In this document: one piece after another, positions 37,553 to 50,394 of the stretch | How the letters are laid out: each line of letters opens with the position of its first letter | Numbering within the stretch: the stretch's first letter is position 1 | NCBI GenBank assembly: GCA_002269645.1 | Contig: NIVC01000540.1 | Coordinates: 1-64,000 of the forward strand | Length of the DNA stretch: 64,000 nt | Direction: 5' to 3' | Source of the DNA: Macrostomum lignano | Lineage: Eukaryota | Notes under the pieces: generated by a model | The model's database searches: none | What the model saw: only the letters and a program-made list of their open reading frames with translations | What the model was told of the DNA's origin: nothing | Translations under genes and position numbers: made by a program

Positions 37553-37842
37553 TCCAACTAAATTGACTTTGTTCAGTCCTTTCTACCGTGTCAGGGCCTG
37601 AGATTTAAGGTGCCCTCCTCTCTCTCTCTCTCCCTCTCCCTCAGTTGACCTGCAATGTCATTTTATATTCCTTCCTGCCAAAATAATCTGCCACTGCAAG
37701 CAGGACTGGAATATAAGCGCAAGTAAAGACAGATAAAGCCCCCCCCTTCCCGAGGCAATCAAAACAGCTTTGGACAAGTTAGGTTAAAATCCCAGCAGCT
37801 TAGCCTCATGACGTAAGCATCATGCCGTCATGCGTACAACTA

Positions 37843-38096
37843 TACTCAGCACCATCGAAAAGTCGCCATCTCAGAAGATTCCGTCTGTGGTCGCCACTTT
37901 TGAGAGTGCACGTAAAGCCTCTCAATCTTTGCGAGTGACGCAACTTAGCTGAGGAATGAAGTGGGGGAGCGGTGTGCGAGTGTTGGACGGATAGAAGCTA
38001 CCCCCGATCAGTTTTCTCGAATCTTTTAGTTCAGAATAGTCCAAGAGAAATTGCTCACTGTCGCATAGAGTGGCGACTTTTCAATGCTGCTGAGTA
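37843..38096. mobile_element. Tc1/mariner-like MITE
   Basis: ~26-bp imperfect TIRs TACTCAGCACCATCGAAAAGTCGCCA / TGGCGACTTTTCAATGCTGCTGAGTA flanked by TA on both sides. Confidence 0.7.
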
Positions 38097-38424
38097 TATA
38101 TCAATGTATTTATTAGTTGTTGCATGAGCCGCCCGGAGGAATAAGCACCGGCTAGCGAGCTTATATTCCACCTTTTGGATGGAAGGCAAAATGAACTGGC
38201 AAAAAGAGAGCGGCGACATCAGACAAGAAGGGAAACAATGGGGGGGGGAGGCAGCACAGCAGCAGATTTGGCGCTAGGGAAACAGGAAATCGTGCCAAAA
38301 CCGGTCAGAATCTGATTCTATCCAGCAACTATTGCTTAGTCTTAAAATACTTTTCCGCCCGCATTCCAATCCTAGCTGTTTGCATCATGTATCAGGCTCT
38401 ATGCCTTTTCATGCAATCCTAACA

Positions 38425-38770
38425 TCTGCACACCTATCCTTCCTGCATCCCTACTCTCCTTCCGTGCATCCCTACTCTCCTTCCCTGATCCCTACTCTCC
38501 TTCCCTGCATCCCTACTCTCCTTCCCTGCATCCCTATTATCCTTCCCTGCATCCCTACTCTCCTTCCCTGCATCCCTACTCTCCTTCCCTGCATCCCTAC
38601 TCTCCTTCCCTGCATCCCTATTCTCCTTCCCTGCATCCCTACTCTCCTTCCCTGCATCCCTATTCTCCTTCCCTGCATCCCTACTCTCCTTCCCTGCATC
38701 CCTATTCTCCTTCCCTGCATCCATATTCTCCTTCCCTGCATCCCGGTTCTCCTTCTCTACATCCCTATTC
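38425..38770. repeat. Minisatellite, 21-bp unit
   Basis: CTCCTTCCCTGCATCCCTACT. Confidence 0.95.
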
Positions 38771-39509
38771 TCCGTTCCTGCAGTCTTGTATCTGTTCCTG
38801 CTTTCCCATTACCCCTTCTTGCATTACGATTCCCCTTCACTGGATCCATATCACATAATCTCGGGAAATCTTGACCCCAATCTTCCCACTCCATCAATCC
38901 CAGGATCCGAGTCTTTCCTCCACTCCAGCATCCCCAGTCGGCCCTCCCTATCTCGCAGTCGCCGCACTCGTCACAACACACCCTGTACTATCACTCTTCA
39001 TCAATAGCTTCTTATTTCTGTGCCTCCCCCTCCCCAACTTATCTATTCAACTTCCGACTCCCTGCGCAAGAATTGAGCTCTGGAGAACTCCTACTTGTGT
39101 GTATCCCTTGTATCCATTCCTAACCGGGCCCCAAAGTCCTATGGGCGTGGAGAGTATAAAATAAAGACGGCATCCGACAGGAGGGATCAATGAGAATCTC
39201 TGTCACACAGAGAAAGGGAGAGAAAGTGGGAGCTATGGCCGAAATTGACTTTCGCATAGCAGTCAAGCTTTCTCGGCTTAGCAAAGAGCTTTAGAAGCGG
39301 AGAGACGGAGGGAGAGAAGCAAATCGAAGTCTCGAACAGTTTTTGTAGCGGCAACAGTTCTCACTTCCTGTCGGCCACAGCCTTCTCGGCATTCCCCCAT
39401 CGCTGGACACAAAAAACACAAGACAGAAGATTGCATCGATATGCAATTCGATTTTCTGTTACGACTCTTCGGCGCCAAAATATAGTTGAAGTCGCTGAAG
39501 ATTTTTTTG

Positions 39510-40255
39510 GCACCAAACTAAGCTCTAGAGGCACCAAACTAAGCCTTAATGGCGCCAAACAAAGCATCAGTGGTGCCAAACTAAGCCTTAGTGGTGCCAA
39601 ACTAAGCCTTAGTGGCGCAAAAAAAGCATCAGTGGTGCCAAACTAAGCCTTAGTGGTGCCAAACTAAGCCTTAGTGGCGCCAAACTAAGCCTTAGTGGCG
39701 CAAAAAAGCATCAGTGGTGCCAAACTAAGCCTTAGTGGTGCCAAACTAAGCCTTAGTGGTGCCAAACTAAGCCTTAGTGGTGCCAAACTAAGCCTTAGTG
39801 GTGCCAAACTAAGCTTCATTGGCGCCAAACTAAGCCTTTGTGGTGCCAAACTAAGCCTTAGTGGCGCCAAACTAAGCCTTAGTGGCGCCAAAAAAGCATC
39901 AGTGGTGCCAAACAAAGCCTTAGTGGTGCCAAACTAAGCCTTAGTGGTGCCATACTAAGCTTCAGTGGCACCAAACTAAGCCTCAATGGCGCCAAACTAA
40001 GCCTTAGTGGTGCCAAACTAAGCCTTAGTGGCGCCAAACTAAGCCTTAGTGGTGCCAAACTAAGATTCAGTGGCGCCAAACTAAGCCTTAGTGGCGCCAA
40101 ACTAAGCCTTAGTGGCGCAAAAAAAGTATCAGTGGTGCCAAACTAAGCCTTAGTGGTGCCAAACTAAGCCTTAGTGGTGCCAAACTAAGCTTCAGTGGCG
40201 CCAAACTAAGCCTTAGTGGCGCCAAACTAAGCCTCAATGGTGCCAAACTAAGCTT
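39510..40255. repeat. Minisatellite, 21-bp unit
   Basis: GTGCCAAACTAAGCCTTAGTG. Confidence 0.95.
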
Positions 40256-41138
40256 AAGAGGCAGCAAAACTAAGCACTGGAGGCACTGTAGCTGAGCATA
40301 AAAGGATAAAATCGGAAATATCAGTAGAATAAAATCAAAGCTTAGTCTTGAGACAAAGGCTTTGTCTCATAGATCTCTATCCAAAATAAACCATCGTTCT
40401 TTAACGGACTACACAGCCTCGATATGCATTATTTCTGCTTCAGTCTTCTCGCTAGCACGCTAACAAACAAAGCTAAGTTGTAGCGATCCGCATGAATGCT
40501 AGACTTTCTCTCTCCAATGCCGCCTGCGCCGATCCCCCAAGGGAAGCAAGCGGCGGGACGCCTTCCGAAGTGTGCACTGTCATAGCATTAGCATGAACAC
40601 ACATCGATATAAACGCGCCTTGAGTATTTTTTATATTATTTAACTCTCAACTTAAGTTTTTACACTCTACTGTCAAGACATATGGGAGAATCGCCAAGAT
40701 GTCATTAGTTAGGTAATTACTGAAATCCTGTGACTCGACACGGTTAGGGCTGGGGTTGGCTAGGGTTAGGGTTCAAATTACAATAGAATCTCCCTGTCGT
40801 CAACAATTTCATGTGGGAATCGCTAAGACGTCTAAGACTTATGGGGGAAATCACTGTAATTCTGTGGCTCAGGGAAATTGCTGAAATGTCAAGGTTCATG
40901 GGATGGGGGGGGGTGCTGAGTTGTTGTGGCTCATAGGGGTTGCTTAGATGCTTTGAGCCATAGCTGGGTTTCAAAACGAATGATTTTTTGTTTTAAACAT
41001 AATTTTCATAAGAGATTAGCAATAGTGACTGTACAAGGTCAAAACCTGGATGCAGTTTATTCAATTAGTTTCATTTCTTTCTTTGTTGCCTCCACAACGG
41101 GGGGGGGGGCGTAGATTTCTAGTTTTATGCCTGAAGTT

Positions 41139-41325
41139 GCGCCTATGCTAGTGCGCTCTCGTGCCAGTGCGCGATTATATTAGTGCGCGCCTATGCTAGT
41201 GCGCTCTTGTGTCAGTGCGCGCTTATATTAGTTCGCGCCTATGCTAGTGCGCTCTTGTGCTAGTGCGCGCTTATATTAGTGCGTGCCCATTCTAGTGCGC
41301 TCTCGTGCCAGCGCGCGCTTATGCA
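41139..41325. repeat. Minisatellite, 48-bp unit
   Basis: GCGCCTATGCTAGTGCGCTCTTGTGTCAGTGCGCGCTTATATTAGT.. (about 4 units). Confidence 0.85.
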
Positions 41326-42269
41326 AGTGCAAATTCGAGTCTGCGCTCTTAGGCTAAGCTTCGCCAAAAAATACACAGGCGCGCTTTTGAAGCGTATACC
41401 TCCCCCCCCCCCAAGCGACAGGGTGGGCTGTGTGAAGCGAGAGCCAGAAATAGAAAGGAAAAAAGCAATGCACAATACAATAATAGCGAGACAAATACTA
41501 TATTTATACTAAAAATATATGCATAGGAGCGCTACTCAGGCATGTATTCAATGCAATAAAGTTCTTTAGTTGCTATAGACCGCAGTCACTGGATAGAGAC
41601 GAGAGGCCGGCGGAACTCCCTGTTCCCCCCACCCGCGCACTTTCTTCTTTCGCTCAATCTTAAGACCTCATCCGCGAAGAAAATAAGAATGAGCAACCGG
41701 CGTGCAGGAAAATTTAAATTATTAATATGTATTGTGTATATATATACTAGTGAGCAGTTTTTATGACTAATAATTCCTCCTAGGAATTCTAGCTGCGTTG
41801 TCAACTCAGGCGCAAACAGAAACTCTAACACTGGCCCGCGTTTCCTTAAAAACTATGCGAGTGTTGCTTTTTTGAAAAAGCAACAGCAAACTAGAAAAAT
41901 AATACAATCGATACATTCATTCAAATTTGAGACGAAAGACCGGCTCTCGCATAGTGTATAGTGTATAGCATAGAGATCCTTGACCGCGATATAGGGTTTC
42001 AATAAGAACTGGCTCAATTGTAGTACGGCAATAATAGTAGTTATGTTTAAAGTATAACAGTGCCCAACAGAAGTGGGAGCACTAATACGAGTATATATTA
42101 TATATATATATACTCGTATTAGTCGTATATATACTCGTATACTCGTATATATGTGTTGGCTGTTAATTTAAGTCTTTTAGCTATATATTTTGCTTTGATG
42201 TGTATATAAATATTCATCCTTATCAACCTATCAGTATCAAAACCATCCCTAAAGACTCAAATCCTTATC

Positions 42270-42900
42270 AACCTTGACATTTATCAATCTTACACTTATC
42301 AAGCTCACCCTTATCAATCAATCCTATCTGTATCAATTTCAATATTTGTCAATCTTACACTTATCAATCTTACACTTATCAATCTCACCCTTATCAATCC
42401 CATCTGTATCAATCTCACCTTTATCAATCCCATCTGTATCAATCTCGCCCTTATCAATCCCATCTGTATCAATCTCACCCTTATCAATCCCATCTGTATC
42501 AATCTCACCCTTATCAATCCCATCTGTATCAATCTCACCCTTATCAATCCCATCTGTATCAATCTCACCCTTATCAATCCCATCTGTATCAATCTCACCC
42601 TTATCAATCCCATCTGTATCAATCTCACCCTTATCAATCCCATCTGTATCAATCTCACCCTTATCAATCCCATCTGTATCAATCTCACCCTTATCAATCC
42701 CATCTGTATCAATCTCACCCTTATCAATCCCATCTGTATCAATCTCACCCTTATCAATCCCATCTGTATCAATCTCACCCCTATCAATCCCATCTGTTTC
42801 AACCTCACACTTATCAATCCCATTCCGATACCATTCCGATCAATCACATCCTTATCATTCTCATTCTTATCAATCCCATTCCTATCAATCTCACTCTTAT
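42270..42900. repeat. Minisatellite, 30-bp unit
   Basis: TTATCAATCCCATCTGTATCAATCTCACCC. Confidence 0.95.
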
Positions 42901-43584
42901 CTCACCCTTACCCTCATCCCTGAAAATCCAACTTTCAATCTCATCTCACTTATAAATAAATCCCTATTGATAGTTGTGTTTGTCAAATCTGACAGACAGG
43001 ATTAAGTGTACCCAGTCATCCCTATAGACTATCGTTATGGACAAAAAGAAACAGAAGTCAATAGACAATGGGTTAGCAAATGAAATGAAAAAAGTTATAA
43101 CAATCGAATAGCGGAATCAGTTGTTCCCAGCATCCAGCATCCACGCTCCCAGCATACAAATTTACCTACCCGCATTGAAACGGGCGCATTCCAAGCTCAT
43201 ATACGCTTCTATCTCCTACAGCTAAGCCTGTCCAACTAAGTAAAACAACAGAGGAAAAGGAACGAAGGAAATAACTCGATTATCACGCTCGAAGCGCTCG
43301 CATGTCCCCACACGACTCCCGCCATGGACGTCTAATCTAGATGCAAAATGAGTGCACGGATTGGAGGAAATTTTTTGAATCTTCGCTATAAAACTGACTT
43401 GTTTGAAATTCAGACAAGTCTTGAATGTCCAAGACGTCCAGTCCAGATACTTTTCAGAAATCCTTACAGCATTCATCTACGAGTCCCTCTTCCTGGACAG
43501 AAAATGCCATGCTCGCGACTTCACAAAAATAAGTTTAACGCGAATGTCTCTCGCTGCTTTGTTTTTTTACAAGCAGCCATGCGC

Positions 43585-44147
43585 CTACCTGCCTGCCTGA
43601 CTCTCAGCCTGTTTGTCTGTCTGTCTGTCTGTCTGTCTTTCTGCCTGCCTGCCTGCCTGTCTCTCAGCCTGTTTGTCTGTCTGTCTGCCTGCCTGTCTTT
43701 CTGCCTGTCTCTCAGCCTGTTTGTCTGTCTGTCTGCCTGCCTGTCTTTCTGCCTGTCTCTCAGCCTGTTTGTCTGTCTGTCTGCCTGCCTGTCTTTCTGC
43801 CTGTCTCTCAGCCTGTTTGTCTGTCTGTCTGCCTGCCTGTCTATCTGCCTGCCTGTCTATCTGTCTGTCTGCCTGCCTGCCTGCCTGTCTGTCTGCCTGC
43901 CTGTCTGTCTGCCGTCTGTCTATCTGCCTGCCTGTCTATCTGGGTGCCTGCCTGTCTATCTGCCTGCCTGTCTATCTGTCTGTCTGCCTGCCTGCCTGCC
44001 TGCCTGTCTGTCTGCCTGCCTGTCTGTCTGCCGTCTGTCTATCTGCCTGCCTGTCTATCTGGGTGCCTGCCTGCCTGTCTGCCTGCCCGCCTGTCTATCT
44101 GTGTGCCTGCCTGCCTGCCTGCCTGTTTGTCTGTCTGCCTGCCTGCC

Positions 44148-44187
<40 letters not shown>

Positions 44188-44243
44188 AGCCTGTTTGTTT
44201 GTCTGCCTGCCTACCTGTCTGTCCGTCTGCCTGTCTGTCTGCC
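43585..44243. repeat. (TGTC/TGCC)n compound microsatellite
   Basis: direct reading. Confidence 0.95.
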
Positions 44244-44825
44244 CTAAAGTTGCATAAAGTTGCTACCGCTGAATAAGATGTAGCGCTGACATTGGGGAAA
44301 CTCTCTCAGCTGCCTTCCCTTCATAACCGACATGCATATCCTATGATATCTTCTCTGTCCTGCCTTTGGCTTTAAAACATTTCTTTCTCAATTCTTCAGC
44401 AGCTAGAGCTGGCGTCTGAATGATTCACGAAAGCGAGAAGGCCTTCACCTATTCTACTATCGGACTGAGTCTGCTCAGCTTTCCCTGTAGAATTCAGTAT
44501 CCTCGCGTATGAGCTAGCCCCACCCCAAACCTGCTCTATCCTACTCTGAACTGGGAACTAACCCAGTTGGTTGGTTTCTTTGCTGGCTTTATGCGATTTT
44601 TTTCATTCTCATGCATACCCTTCAATAAACTAGGCAGCTTTCTCACTAACCTCCCCAGGCACCTGTCCGTCAAAGCACTGACTTCAGTTAGGCAAGCTTG
44701 AAAATATGCTGCTTAAAATAATTTGCGTGCTAGTCAACACGGACTTCATGTTAAGGAAAGTTTAATATATACAAATGACTCCCACCAATGCCATTGAACT
44801 TTTTTATGGGATTTTTCGCTTCCAA

Positions 44826-45115
44826 ACGCTCAAACCCGTAGCCTCTATGCTCAAACCCGTAGCCTTTATGCCCAATCCCGTAGCCTCTATGCTCAAACCC
44901 GTAGCCTTTATGCCCAATCCCGTAGCCTCTATGCTAAAACCCGTAGCCTTTATGCCCAATACCGTAGCCTCTAGGCTCAAACCCGTAGCCTTTATGCCCA
45001 ATCCCGTAGCCTCTATGCTCAAACCCGTAGCCTTTATGCCCAATCCCGTAGCCTCTAGGCTCAAACCCGTAGCCTTTATGCCCAATCCCGTAGCCTCATT
45101 GCTCAAACCCGTAGA
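44826..45115. repeat. Minisatellite, 21-bp unit (same family as 47022-48354)
   Basis: CTCAAACCCGTAGCCT(C/T/G)TATG. Confidence 0.95.
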
Positions 45116-45165
45116 CTCTATAGTAGAACTGGATGCAATACTAGAATTTGCATAATCTATACACA

Positions 45166-46305
45166 ATACCAGTACCCACAGACAATATCAGTACCCACAG
45201 ACAATATCAGTACCCACAGACAATACCAGTACCCACAGACAATATCAGTACCCACAGACAATATCAGTACCCACAGACAATATCAGTACCCACAGACAAT
45301 ATCAGTACCCACAGACAATATCAGTACCCACAGACAACACCAGTACCCACAGACAATACTACAACCATAGACAATGCCAGTACCCACAGACAATACCAGT
45401 ACTAACAGACAATACTAGTAATCACAGACAACACCAGTACCCACAGACAATACCAGTACCCATAGACAACACCAGTACCCATAGACAATACCAGTACCCA
45501 TAGACAATACCAGTACCCATAGACAATACCAGTACCCATAGACAACACCAGTACCCATAGACAATACCAGTACCCATAGACAACACCAGTACCCATAGAC
45601 AATACCAGTACCCATAGACAATACCAGTACCCATAGACAATACCAGTACCCACAGACAATACTACAACCATAGACAATACCAGTACCCACAGACAATACC
45701 AGTACCCATAGACAATACCAGTACTAACAGACAATACCAATAATCACAGACAATACCAGTACCCACAGACAATACCAGTACCCATAGACAATACCAGTAC
45801 CCACAGACAATACTACAACCATAGACAATACCAGTACCCACAGACAATACCAGTACCCATAGACAATACCAGTACCCATAGACAACACCAGTACCCATAG
45901 ACAACACCAGTACCCATAGACAACACCAGTACCCACAGACAATACTACAACCATAGACAATGCCAGTACCCACAGACAATACCAGTACTAACAGACAATA
46001 CTAGTAATCACAGACAACACCAGTACCCACAGACAATACCAGTACCCATAGACAATACCAGTACCCATAGACAACACCAGTACCCATAGACAATACCAGT
46101 ACCCATAGACAACACCAGTACCCATAGACAATACCAGTACCCATAGACAATACCAGTACCCATAGACAATACCAGTACCCATAGACAACACCAGTACCCA
46201 TAGACAATACCAGTACCCATAGACAATACCAGTACCCATAGACAACACCAGTACCCACAGACAATACCAGTACCCATAGACAACACCAGTACCCACAGAC
46301 AATAC
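45166..46305. repeat. Minisatellite, 19-bp unit with higher-order block duplication
   Basis: CAGTACCCA(T/C)AGACAATAC. Confidence 0.95.
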
Positions 46306-46341
46306 TAGAACTCGTAGCCCCCATGCCCCCAAAAGACGTAC

Positions 46342-46446
46342 CAGTTGATTAGACACCTCCGAGTGGTCCTCCCGAGTCATGCCCTCGCCAATGGCGGATT
46401 TCATCAGACGCGACAAGGAAGGCAAGACATTGATTGGCGGGTAGAT
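46342..46446 (-). CDS. ATP6V1B: V-ATPase B exon 5
   Basis: ttcag|[35 protein letters not shown]|gta; 105 nt; conserved SRLM arginine retained. Confidence 0.97.
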
Positions 46447-47021
46447 CTGAAAATTTAGATGAGTAACGGAAGTTGATTGGGCTAGTTGATTGAAAAAACA
46501 AAAGGATTAGCCTAATTCTAATGGTAAGACTGGGTTAATTAATCTTATGAGTCTGATGACAGCTCGCGGCGCAGGAACTGTTATTTGCAGTCAAAGATGT
46601 TATATCTAGATACGCCTGAGCGAGTGCAAGTGCACTACGCAAAATGTTTATAGCAATCTAGCTACAATACACGATAATGGACTGCACGTGACAGTAAATC
46701 CTCCTAGGAGGAGGCTCCTATGCTAAATTTTTTTTAAAACAGTTTCGTATTTTGCCACTTAAGTATACAGTGATGCAGTACGATACTTTTTTAGATTTTG
46801 TTAATCTTCTCTCTAGTAAGTACTTAACTATCTACTATGAGTAGCAATATGAGGGCTCACTAAAATTCATACTATTGCAAATATGACGCATAAATATATT
46901 CATAAATTGATTAGAGAACAAAACCGGCCATCGATATTTTTTAAGACAAGCATTTCACCTTCTAAAAGAATTTATCACTATTTTTGTGCCGAAAACATTG
47001 TTTTTATCTGGGCAGTTCATT

Positions 47022-48354
47022 TTATGCTCAAACCCATAGCCCATTTGCTCAAACTCATAGGCTCTATTCTCAAACCCGTAGCCTCTATGCTTAAACCCGT
47101 AGCCTGTATGCTCAAACTCATAGGCTCTATTCTCAAACCCGTAGCGTCTATGCTCAAACCCGTAGCGTCTATGCCCAATCCCGTAGCCTCTATGCTCAAA
47201 ACCGTAGCCTGTATGCTCAAACCCGTAGCCTGTATGCTCAAAACCGTAGCCTGTATGCTCAAACCCGTAGCCTGTATGCTCAAACCCGTAACCTGGATGC
47301 TCAAACCCGTAGCCTCTATTCTTAAACCCGTAGCGTCTATGCTCAAACCCGTAGCGTCTATACCCAATCCCGTAGCCTCTATGCTCAAACCCGTAGCCTT
47401 TATGCTCAAACCCGCAGCCTCTATGCTCAAACCCGTAGCCTCTATGCTCTATCCCGTAGCCTCTATGCTCAATCCCGTAGCCTCTATGCTTAAACCCGTA
47501 GCCTGTATGCTCAAACCCGTAACCTGGATGCTCAAACCCGTAGCCTGTATGCTCAAATCCGTAGCCTGTATGCTCAAAACCGTAGTCTGTATGCTCAAAT
47601 CCGTAGCCTCTATGCTCAAACCCGTAGCCTGTATGCTCAAATCCGTAGCCTCTATGCTCAAACCCGTAGTCTGTATGCTCAAATCCGTAGCCTGTATGCT
47701 CAAACCCGTAGCCTGTATGCTCAAACCCGTAGCCTGTATGCTCAAACCCGTAGCCTGTATGCTCAAACCCGTAGCCTGTATGCTCAAACCCGTAGCCTGT
47801 ATGCTCAAACCCGTAGCCTGTATGCTTAAACCCGTAGCCTCTATGCTCAAAACAGTAGTCTGTATGCCCAAACCCGTAGCCTGTATGCTCAAACCCGTAG
47901 CCTGTATGTTCAAACCCGTAGCCTGTATGCCCAAACCCGTAGCCTGTATGCTCAAACCCGTAGCCTGTATGCTCAAACCCGTAGCCTGTATGCCCAAACC
48001 CGTAGCCTGTATGCCCAAACCCGTAGCCTGTATGCTTAAACCCGTAGCCTCTATGCTCAAAACAGTAGTCTGTATGCCCAAACCCGTAGCCTGTATGCCC
48101 AAACCCGTAGCCTGTATGCTCAAACCCGTAGCCTGTATGCTCAAACCCGTAGCCTGTATGCTTAAACCCGTAGCCTCTATGCTCAAAACAGTAGTCTGTA
48201 TGCCCAAACCCGTAGCCTGTATGCCCAAACCCGTAGCCTGTATGCCCAAACCCGTAGCCTGTATGCTCAAACCCGTAGCCTCTATGCTCAAACCCGTAGC
48301 CTGTATGCCCAAACCCGTAGCCTGTATGCTCAAACCCGTAGCCTCTATGCTCAA
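47022..48354. repeat. Minisatellite, 21-bp unit
   Basis: CTCAAACCCGTAGCCTGTATG; explains the MLKPVAC ORF. Confidence 0.95.
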
Positions 48355-48375
48355 ATCTTCTTTAACCTATAATTA

Positions 48376-48600
<225 letters not shown>

Positions 48601-49272
48601 TTAGATTTTCTGTCCTCAGTTTAAAACCACCGATAAAAAACATATTGATGTATCACTTGTAAAGACTACTAGAAAGTAGTATATAACAAGTACTTGGTAA
48701 ATCGCCATCTTTGCAATGAACAATAAACAATGGACCTTTTAGCCTACTGTCTATATTGGGCATTTAGGTAATACCACAGATACTAAATAACTAGATGGGC
48801 TACTCAGGCACATATACTTAGCAAAACAGCTTTCTACTTTCAGTTCAGTAGCAAAGAAGAATATATAAGCTAATTTTATAAAAATACAGGCAGCTGAAGT
48901 GACTTTGATAAGTTTAGGAGCCCAAAACTTGCAGGCGTAAACAGCTTGCTAATTGGTTCAGGTTCAGCAATAATGTACATTTGCCAGTCCACTGAAATGT
49001 ACATGGCAGCTTTAGGCTGGAATTCCGAGAAAGGCAATAAAAATTGGGCCGGGGCCGGGGGGGGGGTAGTGGGATAGGAGCGGGGGGTAAGAGCCAATAA
49101 ATGAGCCTTGGCTTTAAAAATACATTAAAATGCTTGTTTAACTTACTACTGAACTAAAAGTAGCTTAACACGCAAATGTGCTGAGTGGCCCATCTAGTTA
49201 TTCTAGTATATGTGGGTCCTACTGAGCAAGGACCGCAAGTTCACCAATTATTAATCAGCAAATTTTTAACTA

Positions 49273-49425
<153 letters not shown>

Positions 49426-49544
49426 CTAACAGAGTATTAATGGGGCGGGTTAGCGGTAACTAAAATAATAGGCATCAAGGTGCACCTGGGTGACCTGGCG
49501 TACTAGTGGATCAAATAATGCCATTGCAAGTGTGTAGAGTAGCA

Positions 49545-49862
49545 TTATAAAGTGTGGAGTGGCATTATAAAGTGTGTGGAGTTGGCACTCTAAAGTGTGT
49601 GGAGTGGCACTATAAAGTGTGGATTGGCACTCTAAAGTGTGTGAAGTGGCACTCTAAAGTGTGTGGAGTTGGCACTCTAAAGTGTGTGGAGTTGGCACTC
49701 TAAAGTGTGTTGTGGGACTATAAAGTGTGTGGAGTGTCACTAAAGTGTGTGGAGTGGCACTCTAAAGTGTGTGGAGTGGCACTCTAAAGTGTGTGGAGTG
49801 GCACTCTAAAGTGTGTAGTGGGACTATAAAGTGTGTGGAGTGGCACTTTAGTGTTTGAAGTG
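49545..49862. repeat. Minisatellite, ~22-bp unit
   Basis: TAAAGTGTGTGGAGTGGCACTC. Confidence 0.9.
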
Positions 49863-49943
49863 GCATTCATGACAACATCGCAGCAGTGTTGGGATATTAG
49901 CCATATATGTGAATGGGATAGCATTTAACCCTTGACAGCTTAC

Positions 49944-50270
49944 CTCACGCAGAGCTTCGGCATAGGAGCTCATATCGGTGAGGATAACGAGCACGTGCTT
50001 CTCGCACTGGTAAGCCAGGTACTCGGCAGTGGTTAGCGCAATCCTCGGTGTAATAATTCGTTCAATAGTCGGGTCGTTGGCCAGATTAAGGAACAGGCAC
50101 ACGTTGTCCATGGAGCCGTTCTCCTTGAAATCTTGCATAAAGAACCTGGCAATCTCCATGTTGACGCCCATAGCGGCGAAGACGATAGCGAAATTGTCTT
50201 CGTGCGAGTCCATCACGTCTTTGGTTGGCAGCTTTACTAAGCCGGCTTGGCGACAGATTTGGGCGGCGAT
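49944..50270 (-). CDS. ATP6V1B: V-ATPase B exon 2
   Basis: ttag|[13 protein letters not shown]...[47 protein letters not shown]|gta; 327 nt. Confidence 0.97.
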
Positions 50271-50394
50271 CTAACAGGGCATTTTCAATGAGATTAGAGG
50301 CAATTTAGTGCAAATAACATGCCAACAAGCAATGCTTTGTAAAGCATGCTGTATGACATTTTCTCAGTTGTCTAAGAGCTTTCACCGTGAAACC

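Larger units (their letters stand above)
34520..37760 (+). mobile_element. Neptune-like Penelope retroelement with direct pseudo-LTRs (34548-34828 and 37540-37760)
   Basis: RT + Cys-rich linker (CNPTRLCRCC) + GIY-YIG with CxxC (FCRRCDHTVYVGET), bracketed by ~220-280 bp direct repeats beginning GAAATATCGGCAATCC and ending CCCGAGGC(G/A)ATC. Confidence 0.9.
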
